Source of the DNA: Mantamonas sphyraenae STR306
Taxonomy: Eukaryota; Protista; CRuMs
DNA length: 64,000 nucleotides
Assembly (NCBI GenBank): GCA_026936335.1
Contig: JAPMXV010000059.1
Coordinates: 186,001-250,000, forward strand
Direction of reading: 5' to 3'
Both the position numbers and the translations under genes were made by a program. Shown one piece after another: positions 23,582-36,000 of this stretch. The notes below the pieces were generated by a model. The model saw nothing but the letters and a program-made list of their open reading frames with translations, was not told where the DNA came from and ran no database searches. Within the stretch, counting starts at the first letter, position 1; each line of letters starts with the position of its first letter.

Positions 23582-24837
23582 ATGGCGTACAACTCGGGAT
23601 TCAGTTTTGACGGCGCAGGTGGATTCGACTCGTCGAGTGCAGGGGGCTTTGGATCTGCATCGGGCGGGTTCTTTGCAGACAGCGACAACAAGCCGAGCGG
23701 GGGCGGGTTTGGCGGCGGCGACAGGACGTCGCGTCCCAACACGCAGCAGTCGCTGACGCCGCTGACGTTGAAGCAGCTGAACAATGCAAAGGACGGAGAT
23801 GCGGACGGGCAGGTGGTTGTGGATGGGCACGTGCTGGACAGGGTAGGTTGTTGAGGATGTGGGAGGAGAAGAGGCGTGTGTGGTTCCTGGGAACGCGCGG
23901 GAAATTGGCGCGCTTTGGGTGTCGCCAGCGTGGAAGGAGCAAGAAGGGGGAGGTGTGCGGTATGACTGACATCTGTGTGTGTGTGTGTGTGCTGCGGTGT
24001 GCTGCATGTGTGTCGTGTGTGCGTGTGTGTGCTGGTTTGCGTGAGAAAGGTGTGCGTGGTTGGGATGATTCTGAGCGTGCAGGCAGGGTCGACAAACACA
24101 AACCTGGTGCTGGACGACGGAACAGGTACGGCGGAGGTGCGCGAGTGGTCGAACGATGAGGACACAGAGTGGCAGAAGCAGCAGCGGCTGCTGTGGACGT
24201 AAGTGGAGCGTAGTCGGAGGGAGCGGGGGAGGAACAACACGTGGGAGGTGTGTGTGTGATGATCAGGAACGGGAAGCGAGTTTTGAGGCGAAACCGCTGG
24301 GGGATGATGGGTTGAGGGGGGCAGCTGACACGGGGAGGTGACGCTGTGCACTGGGTGTGTGTGATGGACCGGGGACAGTGAGGGATCGTATGTGCGTGCT
24401 GTGGTGCAGGTGAAGGCTCTGAACAACCAACGGCGGTTTGTGGCGTCGCAGGTGTTTGTGGTGGAGGACAAGAACGAGTTGACGCACCATCTGCTGGACT
24501 GCATCCGAGTGCACTTGGTGCGTGAGAAGGGCAGCGGCAGCGCAAGCAGCAGCAGTAGCGGCGTTGGAAACGCGATGGAGACGGAGAGCAAAGGTAGCGG
24601 AGGAGCGTACCGGCCTCAGGATTACACAAACGCAGGCGGGATGGACAAGACACAGCAGGCAGTGCTGGATGTGATCAAGCAGGGTGGAGTGGAGACAAGG
24701 GGATGCACATTGACGATGTGACGAGCCGACTGAGTGAGGTTGCGGATGGGAAGCAGGTGCGCGAGGCAGTTGACTTTCTGTGCAACGAGGGTCATCTGTT
24801 TTCGACGTTTGATGACAATCATTTCCGTGCATGCTGA
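23582..24837 (+). CDS. RPA2: RPA2 copy 2, near-identical; 1-nt deletion near 24687 (assembly error or pseudogenising frameshift)
   Basis: Direct comparison with copy 1: CAGGGTGGAGT here versus CAGGGTGGGAGT. Confidence 0.85.
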
Positions 24838-24933
24838 TGCTGGAGGCGAGGAAAGGAGAAAGGGCGGGTGGGAACACGAACGAATGCAAAAATGGACCCC
24901 ATGTGCACTGTTGTGTTGGCAAACCCTTCATCC

Positions 24934-26837
24934 TCACTCTGACGACCGCTGTGTCTCCGGCAGCAGCTGCATGGAGCTTCCACGAAGCTGCACAATCCCG
25001 TTCACGACCAGATCTTCCTCCTGAATGCGTTGTCGCTTGAGCGCCGGTGCATTCACAAGGCCGTGTACGACTCCTTCCGTCCCTCAGTGACCGCAGACGC
25101 TTTGACGGACGAGCCACTGCTGCTACTGCTGCTGCTCCTCGCCCACATTGCGTCTGCCTCTTCGGCGTCGTCCTCGGCCCGCTGCTCCAGCTTGCGTTTC
25201 CTTGCAGCTTCCACAACACGTGCGCTCACCTCTATGTGGGGCGTATGTTCAGTCATGATGCTCACCGTCCTGTGGTTGGGCGGCATAAACACAGGCACGG
25301 CCAGCGAGTCTTGGATCTTGCGCTTGAGGAATTTCCTGTCGCACCACGGCAACGTGCACAAGCGTCAGCCCTTTGCAGTTCCACACACAACGCACACACG
25401 CACACACGCACACAACCACACCACTCCTTCATCCAACTCACATCTTGCGTCCTTCGCCATGGACCAGCATCACGTTTGACGGTTCTGCTGTTTCCAACAG
25501 TTTCAGAATGCCCTTGGCATCGGCGTGGGCGGAGAAGGACATGTACGACACCTGGCAACGTACGTTGACCACCGTCTTTTTGTCCACTTCCATCACACCC
25601 CGCTGGCCACTCAACAACTTGTGGCCTACTGTTCCCGCCACACAATACCCAGGCAGAATTACCAAGTTGTCCGGCGATGAGCACCACTTTACAAACACCT
25701 TTAGGGACAGGCCCGCGTGCAACATGCCAGGCGTCGCAAACAGCACCATCGGCCCCGGCTGATCGATCATTCCCCGCTGGAACGCACTGATGTGCTTAAA
25801 ATCAAACATGTTGCGCTCCACAAACGTCTCCTTGATCTTTTGGTTCGTCCACTCAATAAACAGCTTGTAGTACATGTTGGCCTTCTCCGTCATGCCCGCC
25901 GACACGTAGATTGGCACCTTCAACTCTTTTCGCTCCCAGTACGTCTCTGTCAGGATGCACAGCTCTTGCGCACGCCCCAGCGCAAACACCGGAATCAACA
26001 CCTTGCCACCACGTGCCACACACTCGTGCACCTTTTGCAGAAACTCCTGTTCGCGTGCACGTTTGCTATCCCGAATTGTCGTTGCGTACGTCGTTTCTGT
26101 GATCAGCAGATCGGGTCGACAGCGGTCCACCTGTGCAGGACCCAAATGCCGGTCGGGTGTCATGTTGTAGTCACCCGTGTACAGCACCGATTCCTGGCCA
26201 ACGCGCACGAGAAACATTGCCGCCCCGAGCACGTGGCCCGCGTAGTACGCCTTGATGGACAGCTCTTCGTCCACCTGCACCGTTTCATGCAGAGACACCG
26301 CCACCACCTTGCTCATGCAGTTGCGGATCATGTCCGACGTGAAAAAGTTCTTTTCCCCCTTGCGATCCACAGACACCTTTCGCATATCCTCCAGCAGGAT
26401 GGGGGCGATGGCTTTCGTTGGCCTCTGTTCGTGCCGGGTACATCGTGTCCCCGATACGGTGATGATTCGTGTGCCGGTGTTAGTCTCCTTGGCATGCAGG
26501 CGGTGCGGTGGCGCATATCCCTGCCGCGGTCCCTCCCACGAAACGCCTCCCTCCATACCGTCATGTAGATGGGTCCGTTGTACCCGCACATCTCTGAGAA
26601 GTACGGTAGTGCGCCGCAGTGGTCGAGATGAAAATGGGTGATCACCACTGCATCGAGCACCTGCTCCAAGTCCCGGCCACTCTGCGTCACGCACGTAAAG
26701 TCTGGGAACCGCCTGTGGTCGCGGTAGCCCATGTGCATGCCGCAGTCAAACATGATGTTCTTGCCTCCGAGCGACACAATCACACATGAGCGTCCCACAT
26801 CCTGTCCTGCTCCCAGAGGGAGGACATGGATCGGCAT
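24934..26837 (-). CDS. INTS11: Integrator catalytic subunit INTS11 (CPSF3L/CPSF73-II), ~554 aa; exons 26837-26559, 26424-25442, 25335-24934; frameshift near 25081
   Basis: [74 protein letters not shown]. Confidence 0.95.
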
Positions 26838-27046
26838 CCCTTTGTTGTTTGCCCTCTGCGGCGCATGTGCATCGGTGTGCTTCCCATTGAAGCCCCACGT
26901 TGTTCCATTTCTCATGTCCAATTTCTTTCCTGCAGCCCATTCTCCTCCTGCAGCCTGAGGCCTGAGGCAGGCCTGTGCAATGAAAGTCCGCGTCGGCTGC
27001 CAACAAATTCAATACCCTCCACAACACCACAGAGACGCATAGCACG

Positions 27047-30000
27047 ATGCAAACACATGCTCTGCGTCGCGCGAGATCTGTACTCGCCATTGTGAGCCTT
27101 GTGGTGGCTGTGGCATGCCTGTATTCTGGTGCGTTGACATGAGTGGCCAATCCCAAAACGGTCTTGGGGCCACCCTCCCCCAAAGCGCTCCGCCCTCTGT
27201 TGTGGGGTTTCCCAACATGCTACACAGCCGTACTTGCTGTGTGTGTTCAATACCATTACCATTCCTGCGCATTCTGTTTCCTGCGTACCGACTGCATGGC
27301 GCCTGTTGCCTGTGGCACTGACACCTCATCCACCGCGTAATCCAATCCCGCGTTTTTTCTGCTCGCGCCGAAATCCGCCTCCGCACAGCCGAGGCAGCCA
27401 TCAGCAGCTTCGCTACCGGCGAAGGAACCGTTGATGTAGGCAGTATCGATATCAAGTAAGTTCACATGCGTTCCCTCCAACTGTTTGGGCCCCTCGCAGT
27501 CCGGACGCTCCTCCTCTTCAATTTTTTGCCTTTTTCGCCTCCCCGTCCCTTCCAAACGTCACTCCATCCATTTGCACCGTCGATACTTTGTGATCCGAGT
27601 ATCTTTGTACCCCCAACTTGATTTGTCGTCGCCTACATTCAACCCCACCCCCCCGTCCTCAATCAAAGGACGCCAAAGTTCACTCACACATTTTCTTGCG
27701 CGCCCGTCGCCCAGACCCAAAGAGGAGCCGTTCACTCTCGGCGCCTGGTTCAAGACAACCAGCACCGGTCGCTCCTCCATCTTCAAATGTGTCGGCTACT
27801 GGGAACTCCGCGTAGTGCCCAACGGGGCCATCGAGTTCCAGTGGACCGTGCCAGGGACGGTTACCCCCGATGCAACTTGCTCGGTGACTTCGGCCACAGG
27901 ATTCAACGACGGAAACTGGCACATGGCGGTATGTCCCGCCCCGTCTTTTCTCACCCAGATTTCACCCCGTATGCACTCTACAGCCCATTTTCATCCCTTT
28001 CCATGTTGCTGACTCCCTCCCCCCTCATGTCGTGCGTCGTCCAACGGATGTGGGTAACGACCGCGTTACATCTTCCTTTCTCCAGGTTGGATACCGCCAG
28101 AAGATCGACGACTGCGGCCTTAGCATCGACGGTGGCACTGCTGTCACCACCACGTCTGGATCTGCAGACAACGACATGGACTGGGGCAAATCATCCACCG
28201 ATCTTACCTTCCGCAAAGGACACAGCCTCGGTTTGTACGGCAATTTCGCTGGCAACACAGCCTTTCACTTTTGGCAACGTTTCTATGAGCCGCCTGGATA
28301 TCTGTACCAGGTTGCATCCCACCGCATGCACGTGCCCAATCGCCACAGTCTCGACATTAAGCGATTCCAGATTTGGTACACCAACGGTGTCTTTTCCAAC
28401 GGCGGCACAGAGCTCCAACCCGACATTGGAGAGACCATTCCCGTCACCGGCTTTGCTTCGGGTGATCTTTCAACCGCTGTCTACCCGACAACACTTGGTA
28501 TGCGGAATCCTGTCCTACCTGCCGCCCAGCTTCACAATTCCACCCACTCACACACTGTTCCTCCCCTCGCTGACCCTCCCCCAACAGCTACGTTGCCCAC
28601 AGAGATTGGAAGCACAAAGAAGGTCCTCCACGCTGATTCGAAGAATCAGATGGGCTACGTCACCCTCAGCGGCGACTGGATTGCAAGCACGTACACCATC
28701 GAGATGACGGTTATGTTTGAAAACGGCGATGGTGACGCCAAGGATTGGGTGTTTTGGGGTGGCCAGGACGCCGCCGATCTGTTTCAGCTCGGAGGCAAGC
28801 AGAGGACCGTCGACAACCGCTGGAGACCATTTTTCCGCTACAGCACCAGCCAGTGCTACGTCTCCAATGATTACCTCAGCAAAGAGGTGTTTTACCACAT
28901 TGCAGGCACTTACGACAAGGGCACGGGCACCGCAAAGCTGTACATTAACGGTGTGGAGACCACACGCGACACGGGAACAACCTGCGACTCCATCGCCACC
29001 ACTTTCAAGGGTCTTGGCTATGGCTACAACGGAGGTGTCTCTACCCCAGGAGGCCCAAACAAGATGTGGCTGTCTCAGGGCCGCCTCTGGAATGTCGTCC
29101 GCACCCAGGCCGAAATCATGGCCGGCCAGGACGTTTGGGCCCAGTACGGCAACCCGGCCCTCTCCTGCATCTGGGAATTTCAATCCGACACCTGGGATAG
29201 TGATGAACTCATTATCGTCAACACTGGAGCGCTCAGCCTCACCCTTGACCCAACTCAACTCACAAACGCCCGCTACATCGAGTACAACGCGGCCAAAATC
29301 GGAAACGATCAAGACAGGCTTCCCCGCATCTACGACACCTTTGCCGGCGCAAATGTCATCACGGCCATCTCGCCCTCAAACATTGCCTGCAACACCCCTC
29401 AACTCACTCTCACTGGCGCAACCTCGGGCTCCACAAAGTGGATTGCCTTTGCAACCGACGGCAACTGCGGAACAGCAAGTCGCAAGTCTCCCACCTCTCT
29501 CTCGGCCACCGCCTCACCCAATCTCAGCGCCCAGATTACCCCCGAGGGTACCTACAAGCTTTGCTACAGCATTGACGGTGGACTCACCTGGAAGCAGCAA
29601 ACCACGCCGTCTGTTCTCGTTGGCGAGGACATGACCAACTCTCCCGTCACCGCTGCAAACTCACCTGTCTCAGACACATACAATGTCAGCATCCTTGGTC
29701 GCCTCAACGGCCAGTCGCACGCCATTACCTGCGCGAAAAAGTTTGTGTGCACGTTCAGCAGCGGCCTCTCCGGCTCCGTGGACGCCGTCCAGGTAGGCGC
29801 CACAGACGAGTACCGTTGCACGCGTGCAATCACCACTCCGGGTACCTACCAGGTTTCTGTCGCCTTTGACGGCCAGGCCGTCACCAACGGCGTCAAGAGC
29901 TTCACCATGAGCGTCGGCCCGGCAAGCACGGCAAGTGACGTCCAGGCCACGTATGACGACGCCGTGGTGGCAGGGGCGACGCGCACCTTTTCCATCACCA

Positions 30001-33000
30001 GCAAGGACCAGTTTAGCAATCCCCGCAGTGGCACAGGCGATTCGTTCGAGGTGCGCGCTGCCATTTCCGGAGGCGCCATCCCAGACATTGTCAACGCCGC
30101 AACCAACACGGCCAGTGGTGTCTACCAGGGCTCCTACATGCCCACACTTGCCGGAACGTACACGGTGTCCGTCTCGGTTGGAGGCCAAACCATCGTCAGC
30201 AACAATGCCGTCTCGGTCAGTGCCCAGACAACCATCAGCCACGCTCTGTCCACATACGCACTCTCGGCGTCCACCATTGCCGCCGGCGCAACCGTAACCC
30301 TCGATGTCACTGCTCGCGATCAGTACACCAATCTCGTGCCCACACTCGGCACATCGGCATTCCAGGCCACCTGGACGCACAAAACCGAGGGTGGACTTGC
30401 TCCGGTTGTGGTCAACACAGGCGCCTATGCCTCCAACAAGTATCCCATCAGCACATCGGCAATCACCGTGGCTGGAGACTACACACTCACCGTGAAACGT
30501 GGCGGGACGGACATTGCCGCGTCGCCCCTGGCTACCTTTACTGTCACCAACGCCGCCGTCAACGCAGCAAACAGTCTTCGGTCGGGCTCGACCGGTGTCG
30601 TCATCAACACAGCCAACCGCTTCACCATCACCGCACGCGATGCATACGACAACATCATTCCCGGGCACACGCTGACCGCAGGCTGCACATTCACCGGTGG
30701 GATCACAGGCGCCGTGTCAAACGGCCCCACCGACGGTGTCTACTACTGCGACTACACCCCAACCGCCCTGGGCACGTACACGGTCTCTCTCACCCTCAAC
30801 AGCAATTTGGTCACGGGTAGCACCTTTTCCCTCGTTGTCGACGCGGGTCCGCACGACAACTCAAAGGTGCTTGTGTTTGGCGGAAACCTGCGATGGGTCG
30901 AGGCAGGCAAGCTTGGTTCCATCCAGCTCCAGTCGCGCGACTCCTCGTCAACCAACCGCAGTTCCCACGACCTCATCACATCCATACAGGCCATCCTTGT
31001 TCCGTACGCAGGTGGCAACAACGTCACAGGCACAGTGGCCAACGCCGCCTCTGGAGGTCTTTACGACATCACCTGGAACGCTACGATTGCCGGTGCCTAC
31101 CAGTTGCACCTCACCAACGAAGGCACCCACATGGCAGCCAGTCCCTACCCGTACTCGGTGACCCAGGCCCGCAGCCATGGGCCGGCCGCCACCCTGCTGT
31201 CGGGCACGTTTCCCTCCTCACACGTCGCCGGCACCACACTGCCAACATACGCCCTGCAGCCGCGTGATCGCTTCCTCAACAACATCAACCGGCCGCCCCT
31301 CAACTGCCACTTCCACAAGGAGGACACCAGTGCTACTGCCAACTACGCCCTGATCAATCCGCTGACCACCTGGCCCGGCACCCTCATGGCCGTCTCATTC
31401 TGGACCATGACTCGCCACAACGGCGGCACAAACACGGTCGTGGGACCTGTCTACGCAACGTCCGCAAGCTCTGCCGCGTTCAAACTGCTCAACCCGGCAA
31501 ACGTACGCATGGTCATCAACGGACAGTCGCTCACCATGCCGTCAGCGCCCGTCATCACCGACGGCAAGTGGCACCACATCCTTGCCCAGTACAACGGCGG
31601 CACGAAAGAAGGGTGAGATCTTCCTGGACGGCGTCAGCTACGGCGAACAAACGTTTACAGCATCGGCGGTGCTCACGTCGGGCATGCTCAGTCTGGGTCG
31701 TGACATCACAGGAACACCTGCTGCGCCTGCTTTTGATGGTGCAAATGCAGCCCGTGCCTGGCTCGACGACCTCGCCATCTGGGAGCGCTCGTTCACAGCC
31801 ACCGATGTGCAGAAGATCCAGTACGCGCAGTTGCGTGGAGACGAGGCCAACCTGAAGAACTTGTGGACGTTTGACGAGTGCATCGTCACACCGATCCGCG
31901 ATCTCAAGGGCGGCATGCACCTCACAGGCAACGGTGCCGACACAAGCACAGCCGGTACAGCCCTTTATCTGCAGGCAAGCGCCGCGTCCTACTCGACACG
32001 CGGTGGCATGACGAACATGCCGACCACTGAGATCACCTTGGGTGGTTGGGTCAAGCCCACCAGCTCAGCCCCTGGTCTCTCCACCATCATCAGCTACAGG
32101 TGCACTGGTGCAGGGTGCTCCCCTGGCAACTATGGAAACGACATCCTTCTGTGGGGCAGCACAGCATCCATCCATCTGTGGATCTCGGACCAGAGTTCCG
32201 GTGGATTCACAGCAGCTGCCGTGCCTGCCAACCAGTGGACGTACCTCACAGCCAGCTGGCGCAAGAGCGACGGGCGCGTGCACATGACCAAGAATGGTGT
32301 GACTGCGGTAGACACCAATGTTGCGGCCCTGGTCAACAGGAATATCCCGGGATCAGGTACAGTCATGATCGGCTGTGACCAGGATAATACTGAAGGACAA
32401 CAAGGCAGCGGCGGTAGCCAGTGCTGGGATGGCGATCTCTCCGAGCTGTTCATGTGGAGAAAGGAAGCAAGTGTGGGCGACATCCAACACTGGATGAAGT
32501 ACGGATTCTCGGGCAATGAGGCCGACCTGACCTTCTACTATCCCATGAGCGACCATGATGGACGCATGTTTTACGACGCCGGACCCTACAAGCAGCACCA
32601 GCGCGTGCAATCAGGCACATGGGCTTTTGTGGCCGGCGTCGACAGCACGAGCCACAAGGATGGGCTGCAGTACACGCTTTCCACGACGCCTGCGCTCAAC
32701 ACAGCCTCCACCCTCGCCCAAGAAACCAATGTCCTGTTCACGAGCAAGGTTACAGGCGGTATCGGCACAGAAGCAAGGAGCTATGCCCTCACGCTCACCG
32801 ACAAGAGCGACTTTGGCGCAAACGCAGCCAACACGCCGCGTGCATACACGATCCTGCCCACCGTGGCACAGGGTGCCGCCAGCACCGCCGCAGGCCCTGG
32901 GCTCAGCGCAAGCACGGCCGGTACAAACGCGCACGTCATCCTGACCGCCCGGGACCAGTACAACAACGAGCACACCGACAACGGCGAGACAGTGGCAGGT

Positions 33001-36000
33001 TCCCTCACACATCAGACGTTTGGCGCCATTGTCGTCCCCATTGTCGTCACCAACGAGGCGGCTGGCCAGTATCGCGTCACCTACAACGCCACAAAGTCGG
33101 GTGTGTACACGTTTGCGCTGACCATCCGTGGCGAGAACGTCAACAGCTTCCCGCGTTCCGTCACCGTGTCACCCAACGTAGCGTTTGGCGGCGAGTGCAC
33201 GGCTGCTGGGGCGGGTCTGGCCAACGCCGTGGCCGGTGTTCAAAACACCTTTTCGGTCACTGTGCGCGATGCGTTTGGCAACCAGCTGACAACGACGTCG
33301 TCCACCGTCACTGCCGCGCTCACCAAGGCCGGAGCACCCACCGTCAACGCCGTCAAGACCGCCCAGAGTGCAGGCGTGTACACCATGACGTACACAGCCA
33401 CGAAGGCGGTCAACTACGACGTCAACGTGCTCGTGGAAGGCCAGGCGGTGCGTTCCAACCCGTTTGTCATTGCCGTCACGCCCAACGCCGTTGTGGCCAC
33501 AAAGACAATCGTGTCTGGCACCGGTGCCACGTCGGCCACGGCGGGCGTGCAAGCCACCATGACGGCCACGCTGCGCGACACGTACGACAACCAGCTGACG
33601 CAGTCGACCGAGACCGTGACAGCTGCACTCAGCACACCCAACGTCGCCGTCAACGTCGTCGCAGCAGGCAACGGCGTGTACACGCTGACGTACACGGCCC
33701 AGGTGGCCAAGTCGTATGTGCTTGATCTGCAGGTCAACACGGTGTCTTTTGGCCAGACTGTGGAGCCGCTGGTTGTGGCTGGACCCGTCAAGGCGTCGGA
33801 GAGCGTGCTCACGGGCGCAGGGCTGTCCAGCACTGTGGCAGGAGACATTGCCACGTTCAACGTGCAGGCACGTGACCAGTTCCAGAACCTCCGCACAGTG
33901 GAGAGTGACACGTTCACCGCCAACATCACGCACGCAACGGCAGCATACACGGTCGACGGCACAGTGACGCCGGGCACAGCAGGGTCGGGTCAGTACAATG
34001 TTGCTTACAACGTGACACTGACTGGAAGCTACACACTGCGCGTGTACGGCAACGGAGAGCTGGCGGGCACGCGCACGGTGACGGTTTCGCCGGCGCAGCT
34101 TACAGTGGCTTATTCGCTGCCTGTGGGCAGTCTCGTGCTTGACAACCAGCCGAGTGTGGCTGGCACCACGTCTTCGTTCACGGTGCAGCTCAAGGACAAG
34201 TTCCACAACAACCGCACCACGTTTGACACGATTGTGGCGCAGGTGCAACACAAGGTGCACGGCGCCAGTGTCCTTGCTTCGGGCCCCACCTTGGGCAACG
34301 GACCAGCGGGAAGCGGCCAACGTACTGTGACTTACCGTGCCACCGTGTCGGGCAACTACGACATCTTTGTGCGCAACAATGCTCAGACGGTGCAAATCAT
34401 CGGCAGCCCGTTCACCGTCCTCGTCAACCCGGACGTCGCCGTGGCCTCAACCAGCTTTGCCTACGGAAGCCAGCTGGCACGTGCCGAGGCAGGGAAGGCC
34501 AACAGTTTCCAGGTACAAATGCGCGACCAGTTCCAGAACAACATGACCAACGGCGGGTTGACTCTGTCGGCCAGTCTGGCCCACCAGGGCTCCTCGTACA
34601 CAGCCACCGGCGTCGCCATCTCTGGCGGCAGCAACGGTCTGTACACAGTGGCCTACAACGCCACGGTGGCGGGCACGTACACGGTCAGCGTGACGTACGG
34701 CGGATCGCTGGTTTCTGGAAGCACCTACTCGCTTGTGGTGGACCCCACTGTGACGCACGGCGTCAACAGCGTGGTGAATGCGCCTGTGGGCAGCGCCACT
34801 GCAGGTGTGTGGAAGACATTCTCGGTGCAGGCACGCGATGCGTTTGGCAACACGCGCACAGTCGCCACAGACACCCTTACGTTCACCAGCACGCACCCGA
34901 CAGGGGCCTCTGCCGTGGCCAACCAGTGGTTGCCCGACGCAGGCAACAGTGGCACCTATTCACTGCGCAGCAACCACACAGTGTCTGGCACGTGGACGGT
35001 CAACGTGCTGGTCAATGGTGCAGCAGCCATCGGCTCCCCGTTTTCGCTTGTGGTGAACCCGAACATTGCGTACGGAAGCACCAGCACACACGACGCGACT
35101 GCAGCCGGACAGGTGGTGGCGGGATTCACGGCGATGTGGAATGCGCAGGTGCGCGATGCATTTGGCAACAACCGCACCACAAACGATGACACTGTCACGG
35201 CTCAGCTGACACACCAGACGCAAGCCATTGCGGCCATCGACGCCACGGTGGTCAACAGCGGTGGCAGCTCCACGGCACGCTACCAGGTCAGCTACACGCC
35301 CACACGCTCCGGCGTGTACAACATCAATCTGCGTGTCAACGGCATGCCATTTGGCACAAGTCCGTTCACCACACTGGTGCTGGCCGCCACGACCAGTGTG
35401 CCCGACTCCATTGCCTACGGCGCAGGACTGGCCAACACTGTGGCCGGTGCGGCGGCCGAGTTTGTCGTCCAGGCTCGCGATCGTTTCCAGAACAACCGCA
35501 CGGTTGCCACCGACACCTTCTTGGGCGAACTGGTGCACAGTACAGCGTCTACCGCGATGTTCAATGCCACAGTCACAGCACACGGCAGCATTGCAGGAGC
35601 GTATCGCGTGCAGTACAACGCCACCGTCAGTGGCGCATACTCTGTGCGTGTGCGCTCTCTCAATGGCACGCACATCTCGGGCAGTCCGTTTGCTATGACC
35701 ACTGCTCCGGCTGCCATCCACCCGCCCTCCAGCGTGGTGGACAACAGAGCCTGGGGAGTGCTCAGCACCGCACAGGTGGTTGTGCAGAGCCGCGATGCGT
35801 TTGGCAACCTGCGCAGCCTGGGTGCCTCGGACAGCTTCAATGTGCGTGTCTTTGTGGCATCTGGCGAACTTGGCGTGACCCAGACAGCGGCCGCAGCAGG
35901 CTTGTACACCTTTGAGTACTTTGCAACCACGCCAGGCAACGTGAACATCACTGCGCGCACGAATGGCCAGATTGTAGGCGCGTCAGAGTGGGCGGTGGTC

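Larger units (their letters stand above)
22026..24848 (+). repeat. Direct tandem duplication: 22026-23377 and 23498-24848 with a 120 bp spacer
   Basis: About 1.35 kb units differing by roughly 3 substitutions and a few microsatellite/homopolymer indels. Confidence 0.97.

Noticed and set aside
27256-27555. 99 aa minus-strand ORF MEGTGRRKRQK
   Set aside because: Antisense to exon 2 and introns of the giant gene.
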